Shown here: positions 62,632 to 64,000 of the stretch, piece after piece
Layout: every line of letters starts with the position of its first letter
Numbering within the stretch: the stretch's first letter is position 1
From: Anaerolineaceae bacterium
GTDB taxonomy: Bacteria > Chloroflexota > Anaerolineae > Anaerolineales > Anaerolineaceae
Assembly (NCBI GenBank): GCA_035315125.1
Contig: DATFYI010000164.1
Span: forward strand, 444-64,443
Reading direction: 5' to 3'
DNA length: 64,000 nt
The notes under the pieces: generated by a model
The model's database searches: none
What the model saw: the letters and a program-made list of their open reading frames with translations, nothing else
Told to the model about the DNA's origin: nothing
Position numbers and translations under genes: made by a program

Positions 62632-64000
62632 TTATTTCTCCTCGGGAAAGCGGGGGCGTTCGCCTTGCCAGGTCACCGGCAAAGTAAACTTGAACACAAA
62701 ACTACCCGGGGCATTTTCGGCCCAGATGCGCCCACCGTGAGCCTCGATGATGCCTTTGCAAATCGAGAGCCCCAGGCCGGTGCCGGTGATCTTATCGGCA
62801 GCGGTAACCCGGTAAAATTTATCAAAGATGCGCTCCAGGTGCTCTTCCGGAACGGGCGGTCCCTGGTTGCTGACCTGGACTAAGACGGTCTGATCGGTCT
62901 GCAAGCGGGCTTTAATGCTGATGAGGGTGTGGGGCGGCGCATATTTTACACTGTTGCTGATCAGGTTTGCGAAGACCTGCTCGATCATCAAATAATCAAC
63001 CGGTACCAGCGGCGTTTCAGCCGGAATATCCACTTCGATCTTGTGCTGCTGGATGGATTGGCTCATTCTGCTGCGGGCCAGCAACCCGTTGACAATTTCG
63101 GACAGGGAATTCCATTTACGCTGCGGGTTGAGCGCCCCGGTTTCGATGCGAGTCATATCCAGCAGGTTGCCAACCAACAGGTTAAGGTAATCGGTTTCTT
63201 CTTCGATAGCCGAAAGCAGCTCCTGGCGGGCCGGGCTATCCCACTCAATGGTTCCACTGTGCAGGCTGGAAACAGAGGCCTTGATGGTAGCCAGGGGCGA
63301 GCGCAGCTCATGCGAAACGGAGGACAGCAATGCGGATTTCAACCGGTCGCTTTCCTCTAAAACCTTTGAGCGGGTTTCGGACTGCGCCAGGACAGCTCTT
63401 TCCACTGCCAGTGCGCCCTGGCTGGTGTAGGTGCTCAATAGCCTTTGTTCGGAGAAGGAGAGCGGGGGCAGCTTGCGCCATAAATGGGCTTCGCCTTGCC
63501 GGCCGCGTGCCGTCAGAAGCGGGACGGTCAGATCAGGCTTGCTCGCGTCTAACGGTGAGGCCGGCACACTATAAATGAAGGGTGCACCGTTCGAATGGCT
63601 GGGCAGTACGATTTCTACCCTTTCGGTTTCGAAAGACTGCTGGATTTTTTCTGCCAGCACCTGGGCGATCGATTGCTCATCGTGCAGCCCGGCCAGCGAC
63701 ATACTGAGTTCGTATAGGTGAGTAGCCTCGCGTTCTCTTGAAACAGCCGACCCGATGCTTTCCTGGGCTCGTCCAAGCAGTTGGCTCATTACCACCGCTA
63801 CGATCAGAAAGACGATCAATGCCAGCAGATCCTGGGTATGGTGGACAACCAGGGTGAAATAGGGTGGTAAGAAGAAATAATTCAGACAGAGAAATGCGCA
63901 GGTAGCGGCGAGTATGCCGGGTCCCAGTCCCCACAGCCGGGTGGCTAGAACCACCGGCAGCAAGAACAGCAGGGCAATCACCTGGGTGCTCAGGTAGTTT
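62632..64000 (-). CDS. kdpD: sensor histidine kinase KdpD (partial; N-terminal part lies beyond the window end)
   Basis: The frame stays open to base 64000. KdpD-type TM block (DUF4118-like LFLLPVVLATRLWGLGPGILAATCAFLCLNYFFLPPYFTL), GAF-like linker, H-box SHELRSPLATI, G-box GTGLGLSICKG. Confidence 0.75.
   Translation of the reverse strand, partial: NYLSTQVIALLFLLPVVLATRLWGLGPGILAATCAFLCLNYFFLPPYFTLVVHHTQDLLALIVFLIVAVVMSQLLGRAQESIGSAVSREREATHLYELSMSLAGLHDEQSIAQVLAEKIQQSFETERVEIVLPSHSNGAPFIYSVPASPLDASKPDLTVPLLTARGRQGEAHLWRKLPPLSFSEQRLLSTYTSQGALAVERAVLAQSETRSKVLEESDRLKSALLSSVSHELRSPLATIKASVSSLHSGTIEWDSPARQELLSAIEEETDYLNLLVGNLLDMTRIETGALNPQRKWNSLSEIVNGLLARSRMSQSIQQHKIEVDIPAETPLVPVDYLMIEQVFANLISNSVKYAPPHTLISIKARLQTDQTVLVQVSNQGPPVPEEHLERIFDKFYRVTAADKITGTGLGLSICKGIIEAHGGRIWAENAPGSFVFKFTLPVTWQGERPRFPEEK

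Overview
This is a gene-dense 64-kb stretch of a moderately GC-rich bacterial chromosome. The gene content suggests Chloroflexota or another Terrabacteria lineage, but that is inference only. I found no rRNA, tRNA or CRISPR array.

Layout:
- **1-20.5 kb:** ftsH, then a large general-stress island on the minus strand. It holds two Dps paralogs, CsbD, an ElaB/YqjD-like protein, two GlsB/YmgE plus YggT-like pairs, MgtA, a PAP2 phosphatase, a DAG-kinase-like lipid kinase and a PAS-GAF histidine kinase with an OmpR-type regulator. The island is punctuated by five copies of a conserved promoter-plus-leader-hairpin module of about 70-95 bp.
- **20.5-31.6 kb:** a roughly 2957-aa cyclic beta-1,2-glucan synthase-like gene, bracketed by two tandem-USP genes.
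- **31.6-33.1 kb:** a papain-like C1 peptidase next to a chagasin-family inhibitor.
- **33.6-37.55 kb:** a sharply AT-rich foreign island. It encodes a 798-aa protein with two TIR-like (Cap12/Pycsar-type) domains fused to a P-loop NTPase, a 301-aa orphan and a decayed Y1-transposase fragment. G/C-capped palindromic repeats and a DUF559 gene flank it. This is my best candidate for an undescribed defence system.
- **38.2-48.5 kb:** housekeeping and accessory metabolism: a two-subunit molybdenum hydroxylase, EamA, TauE, a PNPOx-like protein, Nudix, a GH1 beta-glucosidase, a cupin and a GT-C glycosyltransferase.
- **48.65-49.4 kb:** a MerB (organomercurial lyase) homolog split by two in-frame TGA codons. 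They fall exactly at the positions of catalytic Cys96 and Cys159, and each is followed by a hairpin; one hairpin has a GGUC loop at the E. coli fdhF spacing. This is a candidate double-selenocysteine enzyme.
- **50-53.8 kb:** a DHFR-like protein, a second 17-aa-repeat mini-protein, an L,D-transpeptidase, a PhnB-like protein and a decayed HUH transposase.
- **53.8-64 kb:** a cation and K+ homeostasis supra-operon: two TrkA/RCK proteins, a P2-type ATPase, a KimA-like APC permease, two unknowns, KdpE and a partial KdpD.

All calls come from reading the translated ORFs and the DNA by eye. No searches or computations were run.
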